In this document: positions 25,135-35,261 of the stretch, piece by piece
Numbering within the stretch: the stretch's first letter is position 1
How the letters are laid out: each line of letters starts with the position of its first letter
Assembly: GCA_045604925.1 (NCBI GenBank)
Contig: JAZUOZ010000016.1
Location: 15,220-79,219 of the forward strand
Reading direction: 5' to 3'
Source: Candidatus Nanosyncoccus sp.
Lineage (GTDB): Bacteria > Patescibacteriota > Saccharimonadia > Saccharimonadales > Saccharimonadaceae
DNA length: 64,000 nt
Made by a program: the position numbers and the translations under genes
Notes under the pieces: model-generated
What the model saw: the letters and a program-made list of their open reading frames with translations, nothing else
The model's database searches: none
Told to the model about the DNA's origin: nothing

Positions 25135-25650
25135 TTAGCCGATTTTATAAAGGTAGAAAGGCTCGGACTTTTTGAGTGGTTTTTTGTCTGGGATAGAGAA
25201 AGCGTTAGAAATGAAATAGATTGGATGGCCAAGGCGGGCAGCCTCGCGCTCGATTTTATGGTAGATGAGTCCCATATGCAGGCCGATGGCAAAAGCATAG
25301 ACGACAGTCGTCTCATCTGGAAATTTGATATTGTAAAAGTTACGACAGCGAATTTTGATGAGTGGGTTCTTGCGATATTTTAATTTCGCTAAGATAGCAA
25401 GGATGGGGTTTAGCTCTATGCCGAGTGTTTTGGCACCTTTTTCGGAGGTTTTTTCTAGGATTTTGCCATTGCCAGCGCCGAGGTCAATCAAATAGTCGGT
25501 TTTTGACAAGGGGTAGAGTTTTTTAGAGAAGGCTAGGTTTAGGACTTTATTGTGGGTGGGAACGTAAGGTGCGCCGGTGAGGCCAGTGATTAAAAAGATA
25601 CCAACAACTGCCAAAATTATTAAGATTAGAATCAGGATCCCAATTTCCAT
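25135..25650 (-). CDS. Class I SAM-dependent methyltransferase with an N-terminal TM helix
   Basis: LIDLGAGNGKI glycine-rich SAM motif followed by LGIELNP. Confidence 0.6.
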   Translation of the reverse strand: MEIGILILILIILAVVGIFLITGLTGAPYVPTHNKVLNLAFSKKLYPLSKTDYLIDLGAGNGKILEKTSEKGAKTLGIELNPILAILAKLKYRKNPLIKIRCRNFYNIKFPDETTVVYAFAIGLHMGLIYHKIEREAARLGHPIYFISNAFSIPDKKPLKKSEPFYLYKIG

Positions 25651-25714
25651 ATTCTAATTATATCAAGAAAAATCCATCTAGACTAATACTAAACTTCGGT
25701 GATAAAATAAGGTT

Positions 25715-26752
25715 ATGAATAAATTTACTGGTGCAGAGATAGATTTCGGAGAATATCTCGCTGAAAAACTTAAAGAAAGAAACCACAATTTTGATACAAA
25801 TGTTAACCGTAGGACTCTGAACAAACAATTAAAGATTTATAAAAAATATTGGCCTGAAATTTTAGAAGAATCAAAGGCTGTAGCAAATTATCTTGGCATG
25901 CCCGAGGTTGATATTCTCTATGATGAAATTGCATCTACTATTGATCAGCAAAAACTACATGTCAAAATGGCTCATGATGCCAAAACTGATGCGTGTACGA
26001 TTTTTGCTATTTACGAGAACGGCAAAACTTTTGTTGGTCGCAATTATGACTGGGATCCATCAGCGCGTGATTATTTCCAATGTTATGATTTAAAAATTGG
26101 CAAGTCGTATCGTTATTTTGCTTTTTCTGATGAAGGAACTTACCCTCGTCACTACGGTCGTCGTACCTGGAAACTGTATATGGAAGACGCCATCAATGAA
26201 TGTGGTTTGTATATTGGCCTTACGGCCTCGAAGTTACGTGAAAAATATTGGAACTACGGTTTCTCTTCTTATCACATGATTCGTTATATTGCCGAACATT
26301 GTAAAACTACTAAAGAAGCTCTCGTAGTTTTTGCGAAAATACCTGTGGCTGTTCCAAAAAATTTTCTTATTGCTGACAAAACTGGTGATATCGCTGTTGT
26401 TGAGCATGCTGCGAAAGATTATAAAATACTTCGTCCAAAGAAGTTTACAGATGCCAAATATATTATACAAACCAACCACTGTCTTGATCCTAAATATGCT
26501 AAAGTGGACCCGGTTTTAGCACTTAACCCTAAGGCCGACACGTTCTTGCGTTATGAAGAAGCTGACTATTTGATACGTGCTGAACTTCCAAATTATAATT
26601 TTACGGATACCGGTCGTATTCTTAGAGATTCTCACTATGTGTATAATGATGATACGATTTGGTCACTTGCCTTGGAGCTTTCAGAGCCACGTCTTACTTA
26701 TTATCATGACTCCACTAGAGGCCAGAAAGAGACTAGATTTTCGTTTAGTTGA
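25715..26752 (+). CDS. C45/Ntn-hydrolase family protein (acyl-CoA:6-APA acyltransferase-like)
   Basis: DACTIFAI ... VGRNYDWD fits an autoprocessing Cys nucleophile plus the GRNxDW motif. Confidence 0.5.
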   Translation: MNKFTGAEIDFGEYLAEKLKERNHNFDTNVNRRTLNKQLKIYKKYWPEILEESKAVANYLGMPEVDILYDEIASTIDQQKLHVKMAHDAKTDACTIFAIYENGKTFVGRNYDWDPSARDYFQCYDLKIGKSYRYFAFSDEGTYPRHYGRRTWKLYMEDAINECGLYIGLTASKLREKYWNYGFSSYHMIRYIAEHCKTTKEALVVFAKIPVAVPKNFLIADKTGDIAVVEHAAKDYKILRPKKFTDAKYIIQTNHCLDPKYAKVDPVLALNPKADTFLRYEEADYLIRAELPNYNFTDTGRILRDSHYVYNDDTIWSLALELSEPRLTYYHDSTRGQKETRFSFS

Positions 26753-26771
26753 CAGCAGAAGTGAGTAAAAA

Positions 26772-27980
26772 ATGGTTGCAAAAAAGAACGCAGATAAGAT
26801 GAAGAAGAAGCTATCGTTTCCAACCAAGATTATAATTCTAGACAGTATTTTAAGTAAATTTTTCTGGGTTTTTACAGGAATTTTTCTTTCAGCATATTTT
26901 TATAAGGTTTCTGAGGACTATGTTTTTCAACTAGCGTTTTACTATGTGATAAGCTGGATTGCGGCAACTGTTGGCGCGGTGTTTCTGGCAGATATTATAA
27001 AGCGAAAAGATAAAATTTGGTTTTATCGAGCGGGTATTTTAATTAGGACTGTCTTTGCTTTCATAATTCTTGTTTCTGGTCAAGAGATTACAAGCCATAT
27101 TGCTGCACTTGGTATTTTATACGGATTAGTGGTAGCTACAAACGGTTTTCCATTCAATATGATAGAGTCAGAAAATATCACAAACCAAGAGCGTGTCCGC
27201 TATTTGGGCTATGGTAATGCTTTGGTTGGCATTGCTAGCATTATGGCGCCAGCTTTGATTGGCTTATATGCTACCGAAACCAGTTATATTGCAACTTCTA
27301 TACCGATTATAGTGCTGACAATTATTGAACTTCTAGCTAGCTTCTTTTTAAAATCCAAAAATCATACTACCGAAAAACTTAATTTAAAATCTTTCTCCAA
27401 ATTAATTAAGACTGATAAAACGCTTCGTAGGTTATATTTCATTGAATTTTTTAAGGGGATAAACCGCAATGGCGTGATGAGTCTGGTCGCATCCCTTACT
27501 ATTATCAGGATACTTCCAAACGATGCTACAATTGGTGGTTGGTCATCAGTTTTCTCGCTCCTTGCGGTTGCTGCGATGTTCCTGTTCGCTAGATTTTATA
27601 AGAAGACTCACCAAACGGTACTTATTGCCCTATCAACATTGATTATTATGACGTCAACCATACTAGTAATCATTTTCCCAAGTTTTATGTCTATTATTTT
27701 CTATAATATTGCTTTTTATGTTTTTCTTGAATTAATAGAAAAAGTGTCCAGTCTTAACTTATTCAACTATTCTACTAAAGGTATCTACAAGAAACGATAC
27801 AATACCGAGTATTTTACTTTTAGGGAGATATTTTTAAATACTGGCCGAATATTTGGTTATGTAGTGCTGATGATTTTAGCTCTTACTGGTACGGTTGCCA
27901 CTGCTCTCAATTCTGTTTTTATAGTTACCGCTATTTCTATCGTTATAATGTCTGGCTTAGTTATGCGAACGAAAGTTTAG
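26772..27980 (+). CDS. Polytopic membrane protein, MFS-transporter-like
   Basis: About 12 hydrophobic segments. It is a paralog of 29342..30520 and of the relic at 28355..28505. Confidence 0.55.
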   Translation: MVAKKNADKMKKKLSFPTKIIILDSILSKFFWVFTGIFLSAYFYKVSEDYVFQLAFYYVISWIAATVGAVFLADIIKRKDKIWFYRAGILIRTVFAFIILVSGQEITSHIAALGILYGLVVATNGFPFNMIESENITNQERVRYLGYGNALVGIASIMAPALIGLYATETSYIATSIPIIVLTIIELLASFFLKSKNHTTEKLNLKSFSKLIKTDKTLRRLYFIEFFKGINRNGVMSLVASLTIIRILPNDATIGGWSSVFSLLAVAAMFLFARFYKKTHQTVLIALSTLIIMTSTILVIIFPSFMSIIFYNIAFYVFLELIEKVSSLNLFNYSTKGIYKKRYNTEYFTFREIFLNTGRIFGYVVLMILALTGTVATALNSVFIVTAISIVIMSGLVMRTKV

Positions 27981-28083
27981 GAAAAGTAAGTCCTACTTTG
28001 TGGTTGGCGGAGTAGAATATCACCCATGACGTTAGTGGTCATAGTTTTACTTATCCGGGGTTTTGTGATAAGATAAAGAGGAC

Positions 28084-28174
28084 GGAAGGGTGGCCGAGTG
28101 GTTGAAGGCGCACGCTTGGAAAGCGTGTAAGGGGGCTAACCTCTTCGCAGGTTCGAATCCTGTCCCTTCCGCCA
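28084..28174 (+). tRNA. tRNA-Ser (anticodon GGA)
   Basis: Acceptor GGAAGGG, anticodon stem CACGC/GCGTG with loop TTGGAAA, a long variable arm, T loop TTCGAAT and an encoded CCA. Confidence 0.9.
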
Positions 28175-28232
28175 AACTTTGACAGGCCAGAAGCGCGAAG
28201 CGGTTCTGGGCGGGTTTCAGGAAATAAAAAAT

Positions 28233-28255
28233 TGAGAGCTTGCTCTCATATTTTT
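28233..28255 (+). terminator. Terminator after tRNA-Ser(GGA)
   Basis: Stem tgagagc / gctctca followed by a T-rich run. Confidence 0.6.
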
Positions 28256-28336
28256 ATTGACTGAAAGACGTGTAGAGACGAAGTCTCTAGCCTGCTTAGG
28301 TATTGGAGGCTTTAAGGAGACAGGATGTTGCAATTT

Positions 28337-28354
28337 TCCTGTCCCTTCCGCCAA
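28337..28354 (+). repeat. 18-bp direct duplication of the tRNA-Ser(GGA) 3' end (att-like)
   Basis: tcctgtcccttccgccaa is identical to 28158..28175. Confidence 0.85.
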
Positions 28355-28505
28355 GAATAACTACGCCCAGCCGATAAATCCAAATTTTGTTATAGCGATT
28401 GATAAGCCGAGAAACTGGAAAAACAAGGATGGAGACAGTAATCCAGCAAATAATGTTGTACATGGCTAAACGAAAAATAGCGTTTTCTTTTGGAACCTTA
28501 TACAT
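28355..28505 (-). pseudogene. Internal relic of an MFS-like transporter paralog
   Basis: YKVPKENAIFRLAMYNIICWI...NKIWIYRLGVVIL aligns with YKVSEDYVFQLAFYYVISWI...DKIWFYRAGILI of 26772..27980. The similarity stops exactly at the att-like repeat. Confidence 0.65.
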
Positions 28506-29294
28506 TTATTTAATTTGGATTTTTGCGGCGTCAAAAACCAGTTTTGCGCATCTCAAGACCTCAGCTTCTGCGATCTTTTGAGCGTGCGGTTTGACGTCGG
28601 CAGTGATTTTTAGGGAAATTGTAGAATCGCCATAGTCTTCAACACCTTTGTATTCGAATTCACGCACAATATCCTCTTTGATTTTTTTGTTTTTGTTTAA
28701 TTGTGAGATTAACACTTTCATAGCTTTTTCTAGTTTGATTAGACTCATATCACTGGAAAAGCTGAAAACTGAAATGACTTTTGAGTTCATTTTTGATAGG
28801 TTTTTGACTTCGCCGATTTTGCGGTTTGCAATAATCATAACGTCGCCACTGTAATCACGGATTTTGGTACTTTTGAGACCAATACCGACGACTTCGCCTT
28901 TGAAAGAGTCAATTTCTACGTAATCGCCTACGCTATATTGTTCGTCTAAGATGATGAAAATGCCCGAAATGAAGTCTTTTAACAAATCTTGGAGCGAAAG
29001 ACCGATAACTATGCCAAAAAGCCCAAGTCCTGCAAGAAAGCCTGTCACATCTAGGCCAAAGATGCCAAGAATCAAAATAATATCAACTAAGAAAACAGCG
29101 TATTTTAGAGTGCTGAGCAAGAGATATAGTAAAGTTAGTGCCTTTCTCTTGAGTTTGGAGGCGTGTCGCCGTTTTTTCTGGATATATTTTAGGGCAGCTT
29201 CTTTGATGATATAAAAAATTATAATCGATAAAATTACGATAATTAATGAAAGAAGGACTTTATTCCCAACAATAAATTCCCATATTTCGTTCAT
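28506..29294 (-). CDS. Small-conductance mechanosensitive channel (MscS family)
   Basis: TM helices followed by LQDLLKDFISGIFIILDEQYSVGDYVEI...GEVVGIGLKSTKIRD, an MscS pore/beta-domain signature. Confidence 0.8.
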   Translation of the reverse strand: MNEIWEFIVGNKVLLSLIIVILSIIIFYIIKEAALKYIQKKRRHASKLKRKALTLLYLLLSTLKYAVFLVDIILILGIFGLDVTGFLAGLGLFGIVIGLSLQDLLKDFISGIFIILDEQYSVGDYVEIDSFKGEVVGIGLKSTKIRDYSGDVMIIANRKIGEVKNLSKMNSKVISVFSFSSDMSLIKLEKAMKVLISQLNKNKKIKEDIVREFEYKGVEDYGDSTISLKITADVKPHAQKIAEAEVLRCAKLVFDAAKIQIK

Positions 29295-29341
29295 GCTTAT
29301 AATTATATCTGGTCCTGACTAAAAGTCAAACCGAAAAAAGG

Positions 29342-30520
29342 TTATTTGTTGTGCAGTTTTGTCTGAAGTTTTTGAAGAAAATAAGCATGGAAGACAAAGA
29401 AAATCATCAAAACTACCACAATTGTCGCGAAGGCCTCTAGAGAATAGAAATAATTATAAACCACGTAGCCAATAGTTACGCTGACTAAGTTTCCTAGACC
29501 AAGAAATATACCCCAAGTAAAATGATGTTCGTTGCTGTATCTTGTAAGTTTTTCTTTTTTGCCGATGGCGTAGATCATGCTACAGTATTCTGACTGCACC
29601 AATTGACCGCCGGTTTTGAGAGAGAAGTAGAATAAGAGAATAGTAAAGACATTGAAATTAGCAATCATCACGATGGCACTAATTAGACAGAGCAAAGCAA
29701 GTGGCACATAGAGCCGCTTTTTTGCACCTTTTCGGTTTAGCAACCGAATTATTTCTAACAGGATGATATAGACTATAGAGAATAAGCTGTCGTAGCTGCC
29801 TGCGCTAAACTCTGTGCCGAGTGCTAGTACTAAAAGAATTGGCATGATTTGTTCTATGATTCCGGTTGGTCCACCTAGGCGGTTTAAGAAGCAATCTAGG
29901 TAAGCGGTACGCATGGTTTTGTTGCGGAGAGCTTTCCCCCAATATTTAAGCGGGTGGAATCCTTTGTTAATGACGTTAAAATCGCAAAAGTTAGCAATAA
30001 TTGCAGAGACGATCGCACTAATTAGGATGAAACCCATCGCCACGAAGTAAGAATAATCGGTGATGAGAAAGCCAAGGAAAATTGGGGCAGCCAGGGAAAT
30101 AATTGAGCCAAGGATATTCACGCCGGCGACGTAGCTGCTGATGCTACTCTTGCCTGATGAGCCAATTAAGGCTTGTTCGTAAACGGCATAGTATGAAGAT
30201 TTCGCATAGCGGTGGAAGAATAAGAAAATCCAGATAAAGTTGATAATTTGATCCTTAAAGATTAAGAGCATTAAAATGGAAATGATTAGGGAGACATAGC
30301 TAGAGCGAAAAATGAAATTGGCGGTTTTTGGTGAGATTGCTTTCATGAGGAAATAACAAAATACGCAGCCAAAAATTGCACCAATAGCGGTATAAAGTAA
30401 AATAAAATTGAAATTATCGCCAGATATTTTGAAGAGATAAATGTTCAGGAAAAAACCGGAAAAAACGTCAACAATTTTATGGATTAGTTCGAGAGTGATT
30501 AATTGTTTTTTGTTTTTCAT
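29342..30520 (-). CDS. Polytopic membrane protein, MFS-transporter-like (paralog)
   Basis: About 12 hydrophobic segments, with an N-terminal region similar to 26772..27980. Confidence 0.55.
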   Translation of the reverse strand: MKNKKQLITLELIHKIVDVFSGFFLNIYLFKISGDNFNFILLYTAIGAIFGCVFCYFLMKAISPKTANFIFRSSYVSLIISILMLLIFKDQIINFIWIFLFFHRYAKSSYYAVYEQALIGSSGKSSISSYVAGVNILGSIISLAAPIFLGFLITDYSYFVAMGFILISAIVSAIIANFCDFNVINKGFHPLKYWGKALRNKTMRTAYLDCFLNRLGGPTGIIEQIMPILLVLALGTEFSAGSYDSLFSIVYIILLEIIRLLNRKGAKKRLYVPLALLCLISAIVMIANFNVFTILLFYFSLKTGGQLVQSEYCSMIYAIGKKEKLTRYSNEHHFTWGIFLGLGNLVSVTIGYVVYNYFYSLEAFATIVVVLMIFFVFHAYFLQKLQTKLHNK

Positions 30521-30673
30521 GGTTTAGTTTTTGCAATTTATGTTTATATTTTAGCACACTTTTTTGAAATAAAAAACCAGGGAATGATCCCTGGTTTGTG
30601 TATCTATGCATTTCTCCTATGGCACTACTTCGGCTAGTTTTTGCATTGCTACGATGCTAGTTCCCTCTAGCTT

Positions 30674-31228
30674 TTAGTAGTAGCCATAATAACTTAGGTT
30701 TGTGGCATGATGAGCCACTAAGAATTCACGGTTTTTCTTCACATGCTCAGCTTTCATCAGACGCACCATTAGATTGATGCTGGCATTGTATTTGACAAGT
30801 GTTTCTTTGTTCTCGTCAATCTCATCCGAGTCCATCCTCTTCATTAAATAATTGGGCTCGGCGCCATGCGCCAGCAAAGGCTCAAGGTGCTTTTTGATTT
30901 TACTATGAGTTAAACGTCTCTTGAACTTATTCGGGTCTACGTTGCAATTCAAAAGCAGAATGACATTTTCGTTAATGTCATTATCTTTTAGATAATGTTT
31001 GCGGCTAGATGGAAATAAGTCATTGGCGTCTAAGCCATACTTTCTTAATAAATCCATCTTTGCGATGATGTCTGATGAAGTCAGAATTCCGGCAACAGTA
31101 AGTGGATCTGTTTTGTGAGCTAAAATATACTCCAAATTTTCTAACAGATCCCAGTAGCTCACACCATTTACTACTTTGTTCGGATCTTTGCCACTCTCGA
31201 TAAGAGCGATAACGTCCCTTCTTGCCAT
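30674..31228 (-). CDS. Hypothetical helical-repeat protein, 184 aa
   Basis: Clean ORF in the AT-rich region with an SD (aaggagggg). Repeated ...DPNK... and ...AEPN... helix-pair-like segments. No family assigned. Confidence 0.45.
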   Translation of the reverse strand: MARRDVIALIESGKDPNKVVNGVSYWDLLENLEYILAHKTDPLTVAGILTSSDIIAKMDLLRKYGLDANDLFPSSRKHYLKDNDINENVILLLNCNVDPNKFKRRLTHSKIKKHLEPLLAHGAEPNYLMKRMDSDEIDENKETLVKYNASINLMVRLMKAEHVKKNREFLVAHHATNLSYYGYY

Positions 31229-31412
31229 ATTATCCCCTCCTTTGTATGTAAATTTACTTGCATAGTTTACACGCTATACATTATAACATTTTTTTATAGA
31301 ATTTGCAATAGCTGAAGATAAAATTGGCGAGAAGTCAAGTATGTACAAGAATTTTTATTGTTTTTGCTCGCTTATGCTTGCTAATTAACAGGGGGTTTTG
31401 TATATTAAAAAT

Positions 31413-32219
31413 ATGAGTCCGCAGGATGTTGTGATAGATTTGAAGGGTATTTCCAAGCGCTACGGAATTGGCGATGCGGAATCTTATGCTTTGAGAGATT
31501 TTGATTTGACAGTAAAACGGGGCGAGTTTATCATGATCATGGGGCCGAGTGGTTGCGGTAAAACAACTCTTCTTAATGTCTTGGGGCTGCTTGATAAGCC
31601 GACCGAGGGGGGATATTTGCTAAATGGTAAAGAAATGACCAAGACGTCTGAACGTAAAAAGGCATCAATACGAGCGAAGAAGATCGGGGTGATCTTTCAA
31701 GATTTTAATTTAATTTCGCATTTGTCTATTTTAGATAATGTGGTTTTGCCGATGGTTTATGCTGGGTATGGTAAGATACATAGGGAGCTTCAGGCGGATA
31801 AAATTTTGGACCGGTTTCGTCTGCAGGAAAAAGAGTATTACATGCCGTATCAACTGTCCGGTGGGCAACAGCAGAGGGTGGCGATTGCAAGGAGTTTGGC
31901 AACTCAGCCAGAGATTATTTTGGCGGATGAGCCGACGGGGAGTCTAGACTCCAGATCGTCACACATTGTGATGGAAGAATTACGCGAGATTCACTCTGAG
32001 GGCAATACGATTATCATGGTGACACATAATGCGGCGCTAACGAGTTATGCGACAAGGGTGATTCATATGTTGGATGGCCAGATTGACACAGATATTAAGA
32101 CCGTGGCAGATAAAGATTTGCCTCAACCGGTGAAGATTCATTTTAGGAAGCGGACGATTTTGAAGAAACCTGAGAAGAAAAAGTCCGGAAAAGACAGCGA
32201 AAAGAAGGGGGACAAATAA
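31413..32219 (+). CDS. ABC transporter ATP-binding protein (MacB/LolD-like)
   Basis: Walker A GPSGCGKTT, signature LSGGQQQRV and Walker B ILADEPTGSLD, with a Lys-rich C-terminal tail. Confidence 0.9.
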   Translation: MSPQDVVIDLKGISKRYGIGDAESYALRDFDLTVKRGEFIMIMGPSGCGKTTLLNVLGLLDKPTEGGYLLNGKEMTKTSERKKASIRAKKIGVIFQDFNLISHLSILDNVVLPMVYAGYGKIHRELQADKILDRFRLQEKEYYMPYQLSGGQQQRVAIARSLATQPEIILADEPTGSLDSRSSHIVMEELREIHSEGNTIIMVTHNAALTSYATRVIHMLDGQIDTDIKTVADKDLPQPVKIHFRKRTILKKPEKKKSGKDSEKKGDK

Positions 32220-33448
32220 TGGCAATTCTTTTAAGGACACATTATAAACTAGCTAAAGAATCTATAACTAGAAATCGGACACGCAGTTTTCTGACTTGTT
32301 TAGGTATTGCGGTGGGGGTGGCAAGTATTACTCTGATTATGTCTCTGACGGGGAGTATTCAGTCGATGGTGGCAGGTCAGGTCAAGGCGATGGGCTCGGA
32401 TTTGATTGTGGTGCGCCCGGCAAAACATGTAGACGCGGTAAACACCCTGGTCGATGGCTTGACAGCGTCTAACCAGTATATGACATCCGGATTGAATTTA
32501 GGTGATGCAAAAGCGATTAGCAAACTGGATGATGTGTCGGCGGTAGCACCGATTGCTGCGACAAGTGCTACTCTATCAACAGATGAGAGAACGATTACCT
32601 CAGCTTGCGTAATTGGGACAGCTAGTGGCTTGGCGGAAATACAGAATTTGCACTTGATGAGCGGAACGTTTTTGTCTGACAAAGTCCATAATAATGCAGT
32701 AATCGGAAGAGAGCTTTCGCTAAAATTATTTGGAACTAGCTCTGAAGCAGTAGGCAAGACCTTTACGATGGGAGATGAGCGATTTATTGTGGTGGGTATG
32801 TTGGAGCGAATGGAAGATCCGATTAATTTTAATAATGTAGATTTTGATAATGCGGTGCTAGTGGATGCAAATTATCTAGATGAGATTGGCAGCAATTTTC
32901 AGGTGCAACAAATCAATGTGCGAGCAAAAACAACAGATACGGTAGGGAACTTAAAGAGCCAAATTGACGAGTTACTAGAAAAAGAGAAATCAGGCGATAA
33001 AAACTATGAGGTGTTGGGCGGAGACGAAATTTCGCATCCGGCAGGCAGTTTGCTAGCGATTGTATCAGGGATGTTGACTTTGGTGGCAGGAGTATCGTTG
33101 GTTGTTGGTGGAATTGGCGTGATGAATATTTTGCTAGTATCGGTGGCGGAGCGAACACGCGAAATTGGCATTAGGAAGGCAGTGGGTGCGAGTAGCCTAA
33201 ATATATTGATGCAGTTTTTGTTTGAGGCGCTGATTTTGTCGCTATCTGGTGGGACATTAGGCTTGATTTTGGGATATGTGGTGGCGTTCTTGATTTCAGT
33301 GGTGACGCCGTTTGCGCCGTTTATCAGCGTGCAGATTTTGGTGGTGACGCTTTCGGCTAGTGTATTGATTGGAATTCTGTTCGGGATCTATCCTGCAATT
33401 AAGGCGGCAAGAAAAAATCCGATAGATTCGTTGAGATATTATAGATAA
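32219..33448 (+). CDS. ABC transporter permease (FtsX/MacB-type)
   Basis: One N-terminal TM, a large periplasmic domain and a C-terminal FtsX-like 3-TM domain with ERTREIGIRKAVGA. The start overlaps the ATPase stop. Confidence 0.85.
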   Translation: MAILLRTHYKLAKESITRNRTRSFLTCLGIAVGVASITLIMSLTGSIQSMVAGQVKAMGSDLIVVRPAKHVDAVNTLVDGLTASNQYMTSGLNLGDAKAISKLDDVSAVAPIAATSATLSTDERTITSACVIGTASGLAEIQNLHLMSGTFLSDKVHNNAVIGRELSLKLFGTSSEAVGKTFTMGDERFIVVGMLERMEDPINFNNVDFDNAVLVDANYLDEIGSNFQVQQINVRAKTTDTVGNLKSQIDELLEKEKSGDKNYEVLGGDEISHPAGSLLAIVSGMLTLVAGVSLVVGGIGVMNILLVSVAERTREIGIRKAVGASSLNILMQFLFEALILSLSGGTLGLILGYVVAFLISVVTPFAPFISVQILVVTLSASVLIGILFGIYPAIKAARKNPIDSLRYYR

Positions 33449-33507
33449 TTTGATAAAATTAGAGTAAGAGTTTTATCAATATAATGGTGGGCAAGGAGGT
33501 GGCCCTG

Positions 33508-35199
33508 ATGGCTGAGAAAAAGAATAAGTGCAAATATATCTTTGTGACTGGCGGAGTGCTGTCTGGCGTAGGTAAGGGAATCACAGCAGCTTCGATGGGC
33601 GCTATTCTGAAAGCTAAGGGCTATAAGGTTACCATGCAAAAATGCGATCCGTACCTTAACGTCGATGCGGGGCTTTTGAACCCGGTGGAGCACGGCGAGT
33701 GTTATGTGACGCACGATGGAGTGGAAACCGACCTAGACCTCGGGCACTATGAGAGATTTCTTGATTTTGAGACTAATCGGTATTCTATTACGCTGTCGGG
33801 CTCGATTTATAAAGAGTTGATTGAGCGTGAGCGCTCTGGCGGGTTCCACGGCAAGACGGTGCAGCTAGTGCCGCACTTTACAGGGCTAGTGATGGAAAAA
33901 ATCGAAAAAGCGAGCGCTGGTAGCGACATACATATCGTAGAAATCGGTGGGACAATTGGTGATTATGAGGGCCTGCCGTTTGTCGAGGCGATTAGATTGT
34001 TTGCTAACAAAGTTGGTCGAAGGAATTGTTTGTATTTATCCGTAGTGTATGTTCCTTGGATCAACACATCTAAAGAACTAAAAACTAAGCCAGCGCAGAA
34101 TGCTCTGAAAGACCTGCGCGGGTTTGGTATTATTCCGGATATCGTTTGTGTGCGGACAGAGAATCCTTGCCCACGAGCGATTTGTGAAAAAATCGCGGCG
34201 TTTTCTGGTATCTCTGGCGATGCGGTGGTGAATTTACCAGACATCAACAGTGTGTACGATGTGCCGTTTAATGTTCTAAAATCTGGGGTGCTAGAAATTT
34301 TGAATGATTTTGTGGGCGACGATACAGAGCCAGATATGTCGAGGTGGATGGAATTCTCGGCATGGCGGTCGACTGATTTTGATAAGACTATAAAAGTGGG
34401 TTTGGTGGCAAAATATGTAGGCAATGAGGATACTTATATTTGTGTAACGGAGGCGTTGAAGGCGGCGGCGGCGCACAATAAGGTCAATCTAGATTTACAA
34501 TGGATTAACGCGGAAGATTTGTCGGCTGAAGGCGAGGCCAAGACTAATGCACTGAAGAAATTGTCAGAGATGGATGGCGTAGTGGTGCCAGGTGGGTTTG
34601 GCTTGCGCGGAGTAGAAGGTAAGATTGCGGCGGCAGATTATTGCTTAGAAAATGATAAGCCGTATCTTGGGCTTTGTCTAGGGATGCAGGCGGCTTGTAT
34701 TGCGGCGGCTAGACGGGGTGGTTTGAAGGGTGCGGCTAGTGAAGAATTCTTAAATGATGCTGACTATAGAAAGTCAAAAGATTTTGCCAACGTGATTTAT
34801 ATTATGGAAGGTCAAAAGGGCAAAGAGTCCACTGGCGGCACGATGCGGCTAGGTGATTATCCGGCGGTTTTGAAGAAGGGAACGAAGATCGCAGAACTAT
34901 ATCGTACTGAAGCTGAAGATTGTAAGGCCTATATTTATGGTACAGAGGTGCAAAAGAGTGGCGATGTTAAGGTGATTGAACGCCACCGACACCGTTATGA
35001 AGTAAATCAAAAATATCTTGATGCGATTTCTAAAGGCGGGGTAGAGGTAGCTGGACTTTCGCCAGATAAGAAATTAGTAGAGTTTATCGAGGCGCCAGAT
35101 TGTAAGTTCTTTGTAGCGACGCAGGCGCACCCAGAGTTTAAGTCGCGGCCGCTGGCGGTGCATCCGTTGTTTTATCATTTTATTAAGAATTTGAAATAG
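33508..35199 (+). CDS. pyrG: CTP synthase
   Basis: KYIFVTGGVLSGVGKG, GLCLGMQ (amidotransferase Cys) and HRHRYEVN. SD aaggagg. Confidence 0.95.
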   Translation: MAEKKNKCKYIFVTGGVLSGVGKGITAASMGAILKAKGYKVTMQKCDPYLNVDAGLLNPVEHGECYVTHDGVETDLDLGHYERFLDFETNRYSITLSGSIYKELIERERSGGFHGKTVQLVPHFTGLVMEKIEKASAGSDIHIVEIGGTIGDYEGLPFVEAIRLFANKVGRRNCLYLSVVYVPWINTSKELKTKPAQNALKDLRGFGIIPDIVCVRTENPCPRAICEKIAAFSGISGDAVVNLPDINSVYDVPFNVLKSGVLEILNDFVGDDTEPDMSRWMEFSAWRSTDFDKTIKVGLVAKYVGNEDTYICVTEALKAAAAHNKVNLDLQWINAEDLSAEGEAKTNALKKLSEMDGVVVPGGFGLRGVEGKIAAADYCLENDKPYLGLCLGMQAACIAAARRGGLKGAASEEFLNDADYRKSKDFANVIYIMEGQKGKESTGGTMRLGDYPAVLKKGTKIAELYRTEAEDCKAYIYGTEVQKSGDVKVIERHRHRYEVNQKYLDAISKGGVEVAGLSPDKKLVEFIEAPDCKFFVATQAHPEFKSRPLAVHPLFYHFIKNLK

Positions 35200-35261
35200 A
35201 AAATTTGCCAATAAATTAGGGCCCGCGTGAGCGGACCCAGTTAAGGAGTATTTATTTAGGT

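Noticed and set aside
25044-25316. 90-aa minus-strand ORF overlapping the 3' end of the methyltransferase gene
   Set aside because: It is an alternative frame of the same strand, extending into the intergenic hairpin region. The methyltransferase frame carries the SAM motif.
28257-28581. Plus-strand ORFs 28257..28469 and 28399..28581
   Set aside because: They cross the att-like repeat, the transporter relic and the MscS 3' end. There is no translation signal.
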